Origin: Candidatus Caldarchaeum sp.
GTDB lineage: Archaea > Thermoproteota > Nitrososphaeria_A > Caldarchaeales > Caldarchaeaceae
Assembly: GCA_038885755.1 (NCBI GenBank)
Contig: JAVZZH010000002.1
Coordinates: forward strand, 192,505-256,504
Direction: 5' to 3'
DNA length: 64,000 nucleotides
This document shows, one piece after another, positions 9,909 through 18,994 of the stretch; position 1 is the stretch's first letter; each line of letters begins with the position of its first letter. The position numbers and the translations under genes were made by a program. Below the pieces are notes generated by a model. That model saw only the letters and a program-made list of their open reading frames with translations. It was not told where the DNA came from and searched no databases.

Positions 9909-10751
9909 TTATCCGGTGTATAGAGACCTCAGCTTCTTCAAGTCTGTTGCGTAGTCTCCGGCCTCGTCTTCAGGCGTTTCTATCACCATGGGCTTGTCTC
10001 TTACGGCTTTGTGGTTGATGAACGCTTTGAACCCTTGGTCGCCGATGTTTCCCTTGCCGATGTGCTCATGCCTGTCCAGCCCGCTGCCGAGACCGCCCTT
10101 CGAGTCGTTTAAATGAACAGCCTTAAGCCTCTCCAGCCCGACAACTTCATCAAACCTGGCCAACGTGGCGTCAACAGCTTCAACGCCGCGTATGTCGTAG
10201 CCGGCAGCCAGTAGGTGGCAGGTGTCGAGACAAACCCCAACCCTTTCTTGGTTCTCTACCTTGGAGAGGATCTTGGCTATGTCCTCAAACCTAGAGCCGC
10301 ACGAGTTTTTCTGCCCAGCCATGTTCTCCAGGAGAACCAAGACCTTGTTGTCAACCTTGCCGAGCGCTGTGTTGACGGCGTCGGCCACAAGCTCAACGCC
10401 TTTTTCTATCCCGGCTCCGAGATGGCTGCCGATGTGAACAACTAGGAGCTGAACGCCGAGCAGGCCGCATCTTTCCAGCTCAGCCGTCAACGACTTCACC
10501 GACTTCTCGTAAATCATTTTCTTAGGCGACGCTATGTTTGGAAGGTAGGGCATGTGGGCCATCGCAACCCTGAAGCCGGACCGCTGGAACTTTTTGACAA
10601 ACTCGTCGACGTCCTGCTGCTTCAGCCGGGTGTAGGTCCATCCCCGAGGGTTGCGTGTGAATATCTGGAAAGTCGTGCAGCCCAGCTCAACCGCCCTGTC
10701 CACCGCATAATGTATGGCGCCCGAGATAGAGACATGCGCTCCCAGAAGCAT
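9909..10751 (-). CDS. nfo: Endonuclease IV
   Basis: GAHVSI, HMPYLPN, LENMAG, CLDTCH, HLNDSK, DRHEHIG, ETP motifs. Confidence 0.95.
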   Translation of the reverse strand: MLLGAHVSISGAIHYAVDRAVELGCTTFQIFTRNPRGWTYTRLKQQDVDEFVKKFQRSGFRVAMAHMPYLPNIASPKKMIYEKSVKSLTAELERCGLLGVQLLVVHIGSHLGAGIEKGVELVADAVNTALGKVDNKVLVLLENMAGQKNSCGSRFEDIAKILSKVENQERVGVCLDTCHLLAAGYDIRGVEAVDATLARFDEVVGLERLKAVHLNDSKGGLGSGLDRHEHIGKGNIGDQGFKAFINHKAVRDKPMVIETPEDEAGDYATDLKKLRSLYTG

Positions 10752-10846
10752 CGCCTTATCCAGCAGAGGTCACGCTTTAAAACTTTGCCCAAGCCACGCC
10801 TTAAACACCTCATCTTTAATAGCTGTCCACACGTCAGACATCCAGC

Positions 10847-11182
10847 TTGAGCCACAGATGCCCGTTGTGCGGCACGCCCGTCAGCTGGTCGGAGAGACAA
10901 GCCGGGCTGTACGCATGCCTTACCGTATGCGTGCCACTAGTCCCCTTCCCACGCCACCTAGTTGAGAAGCATCCCAGCTACTTGCAGGAGGCTAAAAGAC
11001 TCGCCAGGCCTGTGATGTACACGGCCCTCTCGCTCGCCGCAGCCGCGGCGCTGCTTTTTGTCTCAGGCTTTTACGCGGCGTCAGCCCTAGCGGGGGCCGG
11101 GTGCGTCGTCTTGTTCATGGTTGGCTGGAATCGGAGGAGGAGGCTGATTCACCGCTTCCAGTCTTCTGCGACCGGTTTCTGA
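10847..11182 (+). CDS. Hypothetical small Zn-finger/membrane protein
   Basis: CPLC...C..C...H...H followed by two TM helices. Confidence 0.55.
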   Translation: MSHRCPLCGTPVSWSERQAGLYACLTVCVPLVPFPRHLVEKHPSYLQEAKRLARPVMYTALSLAAAAALLFVSGFYAASALAGAGCVVLFMVGWNRRRRLIHRFQSSATGF

Positions 11183-11699
11183 CAGCGTCCCTGACGATCA
11201 GGAAGACGTTCAAAACTATCAGCAGAAGCACGATTATAGGGCCTGCCGGGAAAAACATTTCACCCCTCAAGAATAGGCTCAGGAAGCCGATGCCAGTCCA
11301 CGAAGGTATGCTCAACCCCGTCCACCTCCCCAGAATGTGGTCTGGAGGAACAGGCCCCCAGTAGTCGGCCACGGCGTTGGCGTCGCCTTTCGTGATTATG
11401 CCTCCAGCCTCACGACCCACAGCCCTATGGACTATTATCGACGAGGACGAGCCTTTCTCGCCAGGCCTGTAGAACACTATCACGTCTCCGTTCCGTGGGT
11501 CGGCTTTAATCTCGGCAGGGTTTACGGGAGCGACGATGATGATGTCCCCGACCTCTATGACGGGCCTCATGCTTCCGCTCTTGACGACAAGCAGCGGGAA
11601 AGTTATCCCGAGGGCTGTGTGAAGCATCGACAGAACCACCAGTACCGTTGCAGCGGTAAAAACCACCCCGTAGGCTATGTTTCTTTTAGAGACCCGCAT
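11115..11699 (-). CDS. Signal peptidase I (archaeal SEC11/S26B type)
   Basis: SGSMRP, GDVIVF, IVHR, TKGDAN..D. Confidence 0.93.
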   Translation of the reverse strand: MRVSKRNIAYGVVFTAATVLVVLSMLHTALGITFPLLVVKSGSMRPVIEVGDIIIVAPVNPAEIKADPRNGDVIVFYRPGEKGSSSSIIVHRAVGREAGGIITKGDANAVADYWGPVPPDHILGRWTGLSIPSWTGIGFLSLFLRGEMFFPAGPIIVLLLIVLNVFLIVRDAVRNRSQKTGSGESASSSDSSQP

Positions 11700-11703
11700 C
11701 CCT

Positions 11704-14442
11704 TCAAACTCGTGGTGGACGGCTTCTCTTAAGTGTTGCAGGCCTTCTCTCAGGCTCGGCTACCTGCCTTCTCTGAGGAGCGGCCCTCTGCCTTCCTCCC
11801 CCCGGTCTAAGGCGCCCCCATCTGATTAAGCCGAAGACGGATGAGAAAGACACCGCTGCAGTCGCGGCCAGAACTACTCCCTGTAGCTGAGGTCTTTCCT
11901 CGACATGAATGATGGACAAACCCTTGTCCTGCTTCGACGAATATGTGGAGGTGTAGGTGTACCCGCCTATCTTCATTGTCCAGGTATAATCTCCGTCAGC
12001 TACGTAGATGATGGTTCTTCCCTCCTCGTCAGTCAAGCCTCTCTCAACAAGCTTATCACCCCGGCTGAGAGAAACCTCGGCTCCCTGGACGGGAAATCCT
12101 TCAGGAGTCAAGATCCGTACGTCAACTCTGTAAACCTTAGTCCTGACGTTGAGGGTCGTGGACTGCGTTATGGAAAGGGACTGTGAATGGACAGCGGTGT
12201 CCTGGTAGACGACCTCCAGCGAGAAATCACCCCGGGGTAGCTTAAGCTCAGCCCTGCCAACGTTGTCTGTGAAGCTTTCGGAGATCTTTCTCGTGGACTG
12301 GGAGGCGGATACGTAGGCCGTTGGAAGCGGTGTTCCGTCAGACTTGACTACTGTAAGCCTGAGATAGTAGACGGCTACAGGTATTCGAACGGTTTCCTCG
12401 TCCACTGAGAAAGATGCTTGACGGTCGTAGACAGAGACTCCTTTGTACTGTGCGGACACACGGTAGGCTCCGGCAGGTATGTTGACAAACCTAGCCTTTC
12501 CATCCGACACCTCTCCCGAAAACCTTGCAGGCCCTATGCTCAACTGAACGCTTCCGCTCTCGACGGGTTTAGCTTCGTCGTCAACCACCTCAACCAGCAC
12601 ATCTATTATTCCACGGGCCTTGATGGTTATCTCCCTGCTTCCCTCGATCCGTAGACTCTCTTCATGGACGGGGAGGCTCAGGTAGTTTACGGCCAGCCTG
12701 TAGTTTCCATGTGGAATGTTTCTTAAAGACGCTCGGCCGGTGGAGTTGCTGATCATAGTCTCTGAGATCCCTTCAGCGGTCAACGACAACTCGGCGTTCT
12801 CTATGTTCGCTTCGCCGTCGAAGTCCTGCACCCTAAACACGACGTTGTAAACCCTTGTCCTCACAACCACCTCCAAGTTGTTTGCGTTGAGAAGGAACTC
12901 GAAGCCGTCGTTAACCACGACGTTGCGGAAGTTCACGACACCCCTGTACAGAACGGGTATAAGCCCGCTGACCGAGACCTCGCCGTTCTCGCCAGCGTTG
13001 TAAACACCCAGCACCACGTCGTCGTAAGTCCTAAGCTGCGCGGAGGCCGGGATTCCCTGGTTCACGTCGTTGGTTATTCTCAGCCTAACGGTATGGAGCG
13101 TGGGCCTGATGCTTATCCTAGCGTCGTCTGAGGTTACTTCCACTGTTCCGGAGCCAATTACGTATGGGCCTCGTGTTATCTCGTAAGTGTACCGGCCGGC
13201 GGGCATGTTATTCACGGAGGCAGCTGCGTTCATCGTGGTGCGTTCAACGCTGTAGCCCGGCATGCTGAGCCTTATGTTGACTGTCGACACCAGCCTCTCG
13301 CTAGGCGTTCCCACAGCATCCACTCTGAACGAGGCGTCGTAGAACCTTGCCCTGACACTGTTGTCCGCCGGAGCGTCGACCTCGCCCCTGAAAACCTCGT
13401 TGTCGCCCATTCTGACGACCAGCGTGTAAGCCCTAGACCTCACCAGGCCGAAGCCAAGCTCTCCGTTAGACGTGGTCGCAGGGTCTCCGTATTGAGTGTT
13501 CCCCCTGAAAAGCCTGCCTTCAAGGTTTATGCCTGTAATCAAGTCCACGCCGTCAGCGTCCAGCACCCTCACCCTGTATCTCACAAGGTCCGTTCTAGCA
13601 ACATGGTCCACGACGCCGCTGCTAACCACGACGAACGTGGTTGTCTGGTAAACGGTTTCCCCACGGTAGACGACGTCCAGCGAATAGTCGCCTGCGGGTA
13701 GGCGGTCGATGAGGGCGCTGCCCGACGAGTCGGTGTCCGCCGATGCGAACCCTGTTGTGTTGCCTGTCGGCCTTATGCCGTGCCATACTTTTACAGTTGC
13801 TGACGGGACGGCGTTGCCTTCAAGGTCTTGAACTATCGCACGTATGGCGAACAGGTTGAGGGTTAGGGTTAGGGGTGAGCCGCCGTAGTTTCTGTTGAAA
13901 ACACCAACGTCGTAGCCCCGGTAGGACGCGGATATTGTGTAGGTTGTGTTGGGCATCTGAGGAATAGCCGCCGACCCGTCGCCCCCCGTGACGGTCGTGT
14001 TCGTGTAGGAGCCGTATGAAACGCTGAGCCTTACGTTGGCCACCGGGTTGCCTAGCCCGGTTCTCACGTTAATCCGCATGGTCGTCGCGTTTACGTTCAG
14101 AGTGATCTGTGACGGGTTTGACGGGTTTCTTGCTGTGGCGTTGAAGCCGGGGATGTTGGCGACCGAAACCCCTCTGAATATTACTTGGAACGAGGTGCAG
14201 CTAGCCTTGCGGTTCAGAGTGTTGACCGATACTTGGCCGTTGGCGTCGGTAGGGGTAGGCCAGTCGGTTCCGTTTATCCTTAACACAGCCCATCTCAACG
14301 GCTGCGAGCCGTCAGCCGTCCTGATGGTGAACGTGACGCCTGTCTGGGCCTCTGCCTGAGGGAGGCTGGACAGGTAGAGGAAGCTTGACGCTAAGATTGC
14401 CACGGTTAACAGAACGGCCTTGACTGCGGCGTGGAAACTCAT
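11704..14442 (-). CDS. Surface protein with tandem carboxypeptidase-regulatory-like (transthyretin-like) domains
   Basis: Repeated ~80-aa units (V.D..G.P...A.V...TD..G.A....P.G.Y.L.V.Y.G); signal peptide from M at 14442; C-terminal TM. Confidence 0.8.
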   Translation of the reverse strand: MSFHAAVKAVLLTVAILASSFLYLSSLPQAEAQTGVTFTIRTADGSQPLRWAVLRINGTDWPTPTDANGQVSVNTLNRKASCTSFQVIFRGVSVANIPGFNATARNPSNPSQITLNVNATTMRINVRTGLGNPVANVRLSVSYGSYTNTTVTGGDGSAAIPQMPNTTYTISASYRGYDVGVFNRNYGGSPLTLTLNLFAIRAIVQDLEGNAVPSATVKVWHGIRPTGNTTGFASADTDSSGSALIDRLPAGDYSLDVVYRGETVYQTTTFVVVSSGVVDHVARTDLVRYRVRVLDADGVDLITGINLEGRLFRGNTQYGDPATTSNGELGFGLVRSRAYTLVVRMGDNEVFRGEVDAPADNSVRARFYDASFRVDAVGTPSERLVSTVNIRLSMPGYSVERTTMNAAASVNNMPAGRYTYEITRGPYVIGSGTVEVTSDDARISIRPTLHTVRLRITNDVNQGIPASAQLRTYDDVVLGVYNAGENGEVSVSGLIPVLYRGVVNFRNVVVNDGFEFLLNANNLEVVVRTRVYNVVFRVQDFDGEANIENAELSLTAEGISETMISNSTGRASLRNIPHGNYRLAVNYLSLPVHEESLRIEGSREITIKARGIIDVLVEVVDDEAKPVESGSVQLSIGPARFSGEVSDGKARFVNIPAGAYRVSAQYKGVSVYDRQASFSVDEETVRIPVAVYYLRLTVVKSDGTPLPTAYVSASQSTRKISESFTDNVGRAELKLPRGDFSLEVVYQDTAVHSQSLSITQSTTLNVRTKVYRVDVRILTPEGFPVQGAEVSLSRGDKLVERGLTDEEGRTIIYVADGDYTWTMKIGGYTYTSTYSSKQDKGLSIIHVEERPQLQGVVLAATAAVSFSSVFGLIRWGRLRPGGGRQRAAPQRRQVAEPERRPATLKRSRPPRV

Positions 14443-14509
14443 GCGTTTAACCTCCTCTTGCTCAAATATATGCTGTAATGCTTCGAATGTTCTCAAGCTT
14501 TTCGAGGTC

Positions 14510-15043
14510 TTACTTGTAGGATGACGCTATCGTGTCCAGCGTCCACTTAACCGAGTTAACTATCTCCCTGAGCCTCTGCTCATCCCGGTAGTTTTTAACT
14601 ATGAGCTCCCGGGCTGTGTCGCCGTCATAAACCACCTCGTAGCTTAAGACGTCGGACTGTACTAGTTTCCCCTCACTCGCCTTCTGGAGGTCAGCCTCCC
14701 GCATGCTGTCCAGAACCTTCCGCAGCAGAAAAGACGAGAAGGGCCTCATGTCCTGAGTCACGCGTATCTCGGGGTTGAAGACTATCCGGGCCTCCCGCTC
14801 CTTCAGCGACATCGTGGCAAGCAGGCTTCCCGACCTGCTTCTAATCATGCGGAGCCCCGCAGCCTCTTTCTCCGCAGCCTCCGGCGGATGGGCTTTCTTG
14901 AAGCTCTTTGCAGCCAGCTCCCTGTCCACTATCTCCAGCAGCATCCTGAGGCTGTCTATCTCGTGCTCGAGGTCGGCCATCCTCTGCTCCAAGAAAGTCT
15001 TGAGCTCGGCCAGCTTCTTCACCTCAGCGTCCTCGGTCTGCAA
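14510..15043 (-). CDS. Hypothetical protein (N-terminal coiled coil)
   Basis: Clean 177-aa ORF in host codon style, co-oriented with its neighbours. Confidence 0.7.
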   Translation of the reverse strand: MQTEDAEVKKLAELKTFLEQRMADLEHEIDSLRMLLEIVDRELAAKSFKKAHPPEAAEKEAAGLRMIRSRSGSLLATMSLKEREARIVFNPEIRVTQDMRPFSSFLLRKVLDSMREADLQKASEGKLVQSDVLSYEVVYDGDTARELIVKNYRDEQRLREIVNSVKWTLDTIASSYK

Positions 15044-15152
15044 CCCGTCGCCATAAACGGCTAAAGCTGTAAATAAGCCTTAGTCTGCCGGAACGACGGC
15101 GCCCGAGAGACGGCATGATTAAATCGGCCTCTGCGGATATCTTGTGTGGAGC

Positions 15153-16811
15153 ATGTCTGAAATCAACGTGGATGTTTTGGTTGTCGGAAGCGGGGCTGCC
15201 GGTCTTGTCGGCGCTCTTGCTGCGAGGCATGCAGGTCTCCGGACTCTGGTTGTTGAGAAGACGGAGCTGGTTGGAGGTTCCAGCGCTATGTCGGGTGGAG
15301 GGCTGTGGATACCCGACAACCCTGTCTCGAAGAAGGCTGGTGTCAGCGATTCGTTCGAAGAGGCTTGGACCTACCTCAGCAACGTAGTTCCCGAGGCGGG
15401 TGAGGCTACGGCGCCCGAAAGAATCCGGGCCTTTTTGACGCATGGGCCTGAGATGGTTAAGTTCCTCCAAGACATGGGGTTCAAGTGGAGGGCTTCGGTC
15501 GGGTATCCAGACTATTACCCCGAGGCTCCCGGCGGCTCCGTCAAAGGCAGGTGCATAGAGGGCGCTGTGTTCGACGGCAGGAAGCTGGGCGAGTGGAGGA
15601 GTAGGCTCCGACGGTATCCCGGAGCGCCTCCGATACCCATCCACACGAACGAGGCTCGTCGGCTGTACCTAGCCAGAAGCACGACAGGGGTGGCTGCCTT
15701 CATACGTCTCGGCTTACGGCTAATCAGCTACACCATCACCGGACGCCACCCGCTGACCATGGGCGGCTCCCTCGTCGGCCAGCTCCTCTACCTCTGCCTC
15801 AAGCATGGAGTCGATGTCTGGATTGAATCTCCTCTCCAAGAACTGACCATGCATGACGGGCGTGTGGCCGGGGCTGTGGTGGTTCACGAGGGAACGCCTG
15901 TGAAGGTCTCAGCCAGGGGAGGCGTGCTGCTGGCCAGCGGAGGGTTCGAGCACAACCAGCAGATGCGTGAAAAGTTTCTGCCAAGCCCCACCAGCAAGGA
16001 CTGGGCCGTCGGCGCCGTGGGCAACACCGGCGACTCGATCCAAGCGGCTGCAAAACTGGGCGCTAAGCTTGCTTTGATGGACAAGGCATGGGGAGGCCCC
16101 GTAGCGATCACGCCCGACGGAAAGCCTTCCTTCATCCTGGCTGAACGGTCCCTACCCTTCAGCATCATCGTCGACTCTAACGGGGAGAGGTTTATGAACG
16201 AGTCAGCTTCCTACGTCGACTGCTGGCACAGCATCTACAGACATAGTCGAAAAGTTCAGGCAATCCCCTCGTGGCTGGTCATAGACCACAAGCACCGCTC
16301 ACGCTACCTGTTCGGCACGCTGATGCCGGGCCGGACGCCTGAGAAAGCCACCGGTCCCCGCTACCTTGTAAGGGCTAAAACAATCGAGGAGCTTGCGGGA
16401 AAGATCGGAGTCGACGAGAAAGGGCTTCTCAGGACCGTCGAGCGTTTCAACGAGATGGCTCGGAAGGGCTGGGACGAGGATTTCCGCAGAGGTGAAAGCG
16501 CTTACGACAGGTATTACTCCGACCCCAGTGTAAAGCCCAACCCCAACCTCGGCCCGCTCGAAAAACCACCGTTCTACGCCACAGCAATATATCCGGGAGA
16601 GCTTGGGACGTGCGGCGGCCTTCTAGCCGACGAAAATGCGAGGGTAATGCATGTGGACGGGCATCCCATCCCAGGCCTCTACGCAGCGGGAAACACGGCG
16701 GCATCCATCTTCGGCGGAACATACCCGGGCCCTGGCTCGACGCTCGGGCCTGCATGCGTTTACGCATACATCGCAGCCAAACACATCGCTCAAACACTCA
16801 AACAACGCTAG
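15153..16811 (+). CDS. FAD-dependent oxidoreductase, 3-ketosteroid-delta-1-dehydrogenase (KstD)-like
   Basis: GSGAAG FAD motif, GGSSAMSGGGLWIP, YPDYYPE, RFMNESASY, GTCGGL, PGLYAAGN, YPGPGSTLGPA. Confidence 0.8.
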   Translation: MSEINVDVLVVGSGAAGLVGALAARHAGLRTLVVEKTELVGGSSAMSGGGLWIPDNPVSKKAGVSDSFEEAWTYLSNVVPEAGEATAPERIRAFLTHGPEMVKFLQDMGFKWRASVGYPDYYPEAPGGSVKGRCIEGAVFDGRKLGEWRSRLRRYPGAPPIPIHTNEARRLYLARSTTGVAAFIRLGLRLISYTITGRHPLTMGGSLVGQLLYLCLKHGVDVWIESPLQELTMHDGRVAGAVVVHEGTPVKVSARGGVLLASGGFEHNQQMREKFLPSPTSKDWAVGAVGNTGDSIQAAAKLGAKLALMDKAWGGPVAITPDGKPSFILAERSLPFSIIVDSNGERFMNESASYVDCWHSIYRHSRKVQAIPSWLVIDHKHRSRYLFGTLMPGRTPEKATGPRYLVRAKTIEELAGKIGVDEKGLLRTVERFNEMARKGWDEDFRRGESAYDRYYSDPSVKPNPNLGPLEKPPFYATAIYPGELGTCGGLLADENARVMHVDGHPIPGLYAAGNTAASIFGGTYPGPGSTLGPACVYAYIAAKHIAQTLKQR

Positions 16812-16820
16812 CCTAGTTTT

Positions 16821-17375
16821 TCAGACCTTCAGCAAAGCCCGGAGGCCGCGGCTGCTGTAGAAAGACTGGGCGCTGTTAGCGCCGATAAAAACGGTGTCAT
16901 ACCGTCGCTCTCCATAAACCGCGCCTCCCAGCTTTCTAATCCTGTCAGGTGTTTTGAGCCAGCTCGACGTACGCGTGTCAAGAGCTACGAGCGTCTGAAG
17001 CCAGCGATACTGTTCCTCCGTCAGAACCTCGACACCCATCTCAGCAGCCATGTCAACAACATTACCCCTAGGACGGGCACCCTTACGAAGACGCATCGCA
17101 TCCCCGTCGTAGCAAAGACCCCTACGTCCCGGAGGGCTTTCAGCCGCACAGTCCATGAAAACAAACATGTCTGAAGACTCGTCATACGCAACCAAGCAAG
17201 GGCCGCCGCCCGTCCTCTCCATTTCATAGAGCGAAAACAGCTTATCAGGACTGCCCCTCAAAGCAGCTTCCGCAAGGGCCCAGTCAACACCTGCAAGACG
17301 AGGAGCCCAGGCTTCGAAACGCCGCCGCAGCAACTTAAGAAAACCATCCACCTGAGCAGGGGTGAGCGCTTTCAT
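16821..17375 (-). CDS. DUF4256 family protein
   Basis: EMERTGG.P, DCAAESP.GRR.LCYD, TSSWLKTP..IRKLGGA, RRYDTVF, AQSFYSSRG. Start moved to ATG 17375. Confidence 0.8.
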   Translation of the reverse strand: MKALTPAQVDGFLKLLRRRFEAWAPRLAGVDWALAEAALRGSPDKLFSLYEMERTGGGPCLVAYDESSDMFVFMDCAAESPPGRRGLCYDGDAMRLRKGARPRGNVVDMAAEMGVEVLTEEQYRWLQTLVALDTRTSSWLKTPDRIRKLGGAVYGERRYDTVFIGANSAQSFYSSRGLRALLKV

Positions 17376-17517
17376 GCCGCAACAGCCAAGCCCTTGTAGA
17401 AAAGCTTTCAAGACCATCAATGTGCGGCCCACGTATCCTTCCCCGCACATTATGTAATATACTCTTTGATGTTTTCGCTGTTTTCAGAAGTATGAGGGGA
17501 GTGTTTGGCTGGCGGCG

Positions 17518-18188
17518 TCAGCAGACCTCTCCTAGTAGGTATTGCTCCAGCCTCCGCTGTTTTCTTCTAATCGTGAAGACCACATGTTTATAGAATGTCA
17601 GCCGATAACTTGAGGGAACGTAGAGACAATAGGCATCCTTCTTTGTGTAGTAAGTTCTCCCGTTCCGCGGGTCTTTCAAAGGTGTTCCATGTTTCGTGTT
17701 AAGCCGTGGCCCGTTCGTCTCTATCCCCAGAGAAGACAGCAGACGTCTGACGTATCCAAGCAGTCTCAAATCGCTGTTGTAGACCTTTATCATTCCGTTT
17801 TCAGCTATGCTTGCTTCGCTGTCGAAGAAACCTCTCAGGAAGGCTGATTTACATTCTCCGGAGTGTTCTATGAGTTTTTGATTTTCGCCAGCACTGAAGG
17901 CTTCCTCAACAGTTCGGAAAGGACTTTATCTCAACTACGTGTCGACTCTGACCATCTAGGTTTCGGAGGCTCTCTCCTCAACACAACCCCAAGACATCTA
18001 CTGAACTCTTCAGCGAACTCCATGTCAACCACATTAAAACCATTAAATACTTCGTGGTATTTTCGAGGCCGTTGTCTCCGCCATACGTATCCGTCTCCAG
18101 CAACCACGCCTATAACATACGCAGGCTCCTTAGACGGTTTCAGAAACCCTGAAGGTATCCTTACACCGTTGAGCGGGCTGTGAAGTCC
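17518..18188 (-). pseudogene. Free-standing LAGLIDADG endonuclease, frameshifted and 5'-truncated
   Basis: Minus strand gives GLHSPLNGVRIP...AYVIGVVAGDG (motif 1), then a stop/frameshift near 17.9 kb, then AFLRGFFDSEAS (motif 2)...IKVYNSDLRLL...FTIRRKQRRLE. The 5' end abuts the MITE. Confidence 0.8.
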
Positions 18189-18291
18189 GATAGTGTCCGG
18201 AGAACGTCTTAATAGTCTCCCAGCCGAGGAGGGTAGTTAGAAAGGATAGCGACATCTTCTCTTTTCAATACCTCCTTATCCGGACACTATC
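18189..18291. mobile_element. ~103-bp MITE / internally deleted IS with terminal inverted repeats
   Basis: GATAGTGTCCGGA (18189-18201) and TCCGGACACTATC (18279-18291) form a perfect 13-bp IR, extendable imperfectly. The left ~65 bp recur at 35833. Confidence 0.75.
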
Positions 18292-18561
18292 GTTAACACC
18301 GATGCAAAAGCTTTCAAGAGAAAATGTTGAAGAGACAGAACAAGCTAGCCCCTAAGCTGATTGAGTTCTTGGGGAAAGACCCTGTTCAAAAACCAACCAG
18401 AAGTCCAGCTAGCTGAGCTAGACATCGTCGAGGACTAATCCCTTCGGTAAGAGAAATATTATGCTTGATAAAATATGCTCCGCAGCCAGAGAATTTCGTG
18501 GTAGACCAATGCGAAGACTTCCCAAATACGAAATCTTAATATCTGTAGGGAGAGTTTTAGC

Positions 18562-18918
18562 GTGATGACGGTTCACGTATCCGGTTGGGCGGAGGATCTG
18601 CTGGAGAGATACTTTGGCCAGTGCGGCCTCCTAGAGGAGGCTAGGAAGCAGATAGAGGGGCTGCCGCGCGAGCTATCTGAGAGGCTGGGCAGGGATGTAT
18701 CCTTCTGGGAGAATGTCCTCAGCAACCCCGGCTCAAATCTGCTCGAATGGGCTATTGAGAAGGTTGTCCGCCAAGCAGAGGAGAACGAGAGGCGATTTGG
18801 TAAGAGCCTGTGCCACTACTTGGTAGAGGCGCTTTACAACCACTCTATCGCCAACTGGATTGCCGGCTATGTCAGTTTCGTAATTGACCTGGCAGAGGAA
18901 GACCCAAGTAAAACTTAG
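18562..18918 (+). CDS. Hypothetical all-helical protein
   Basis: 118-aa ORF preceded by an AT-rich promoter-like stretch; no recognisable motif. Confidence 0.65.
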   Translation: MMTVHVSGWAEDLLERYFGQCGLLEEARKQIEGLPRELSERLGRDVSFWENVLSNPGSNLLEWAIEKVVRQAEENERRFGKSLCHYLVEALYNHSIANWIAGYVSFVIDLAEEDPSKT

Positions 18919-18994
18919 CACCGGTATGTGGATAACTCATTGTGATAGATAAAAATAAACCAATGTGTTGGGTTTTTGACGGCGGTGTTTTGAC

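Noticed and set aside
17863-18183. 106-aa plus-strand ORF
   Set aside because: Antisense shadow of the LAGLIDADG pseudogene.
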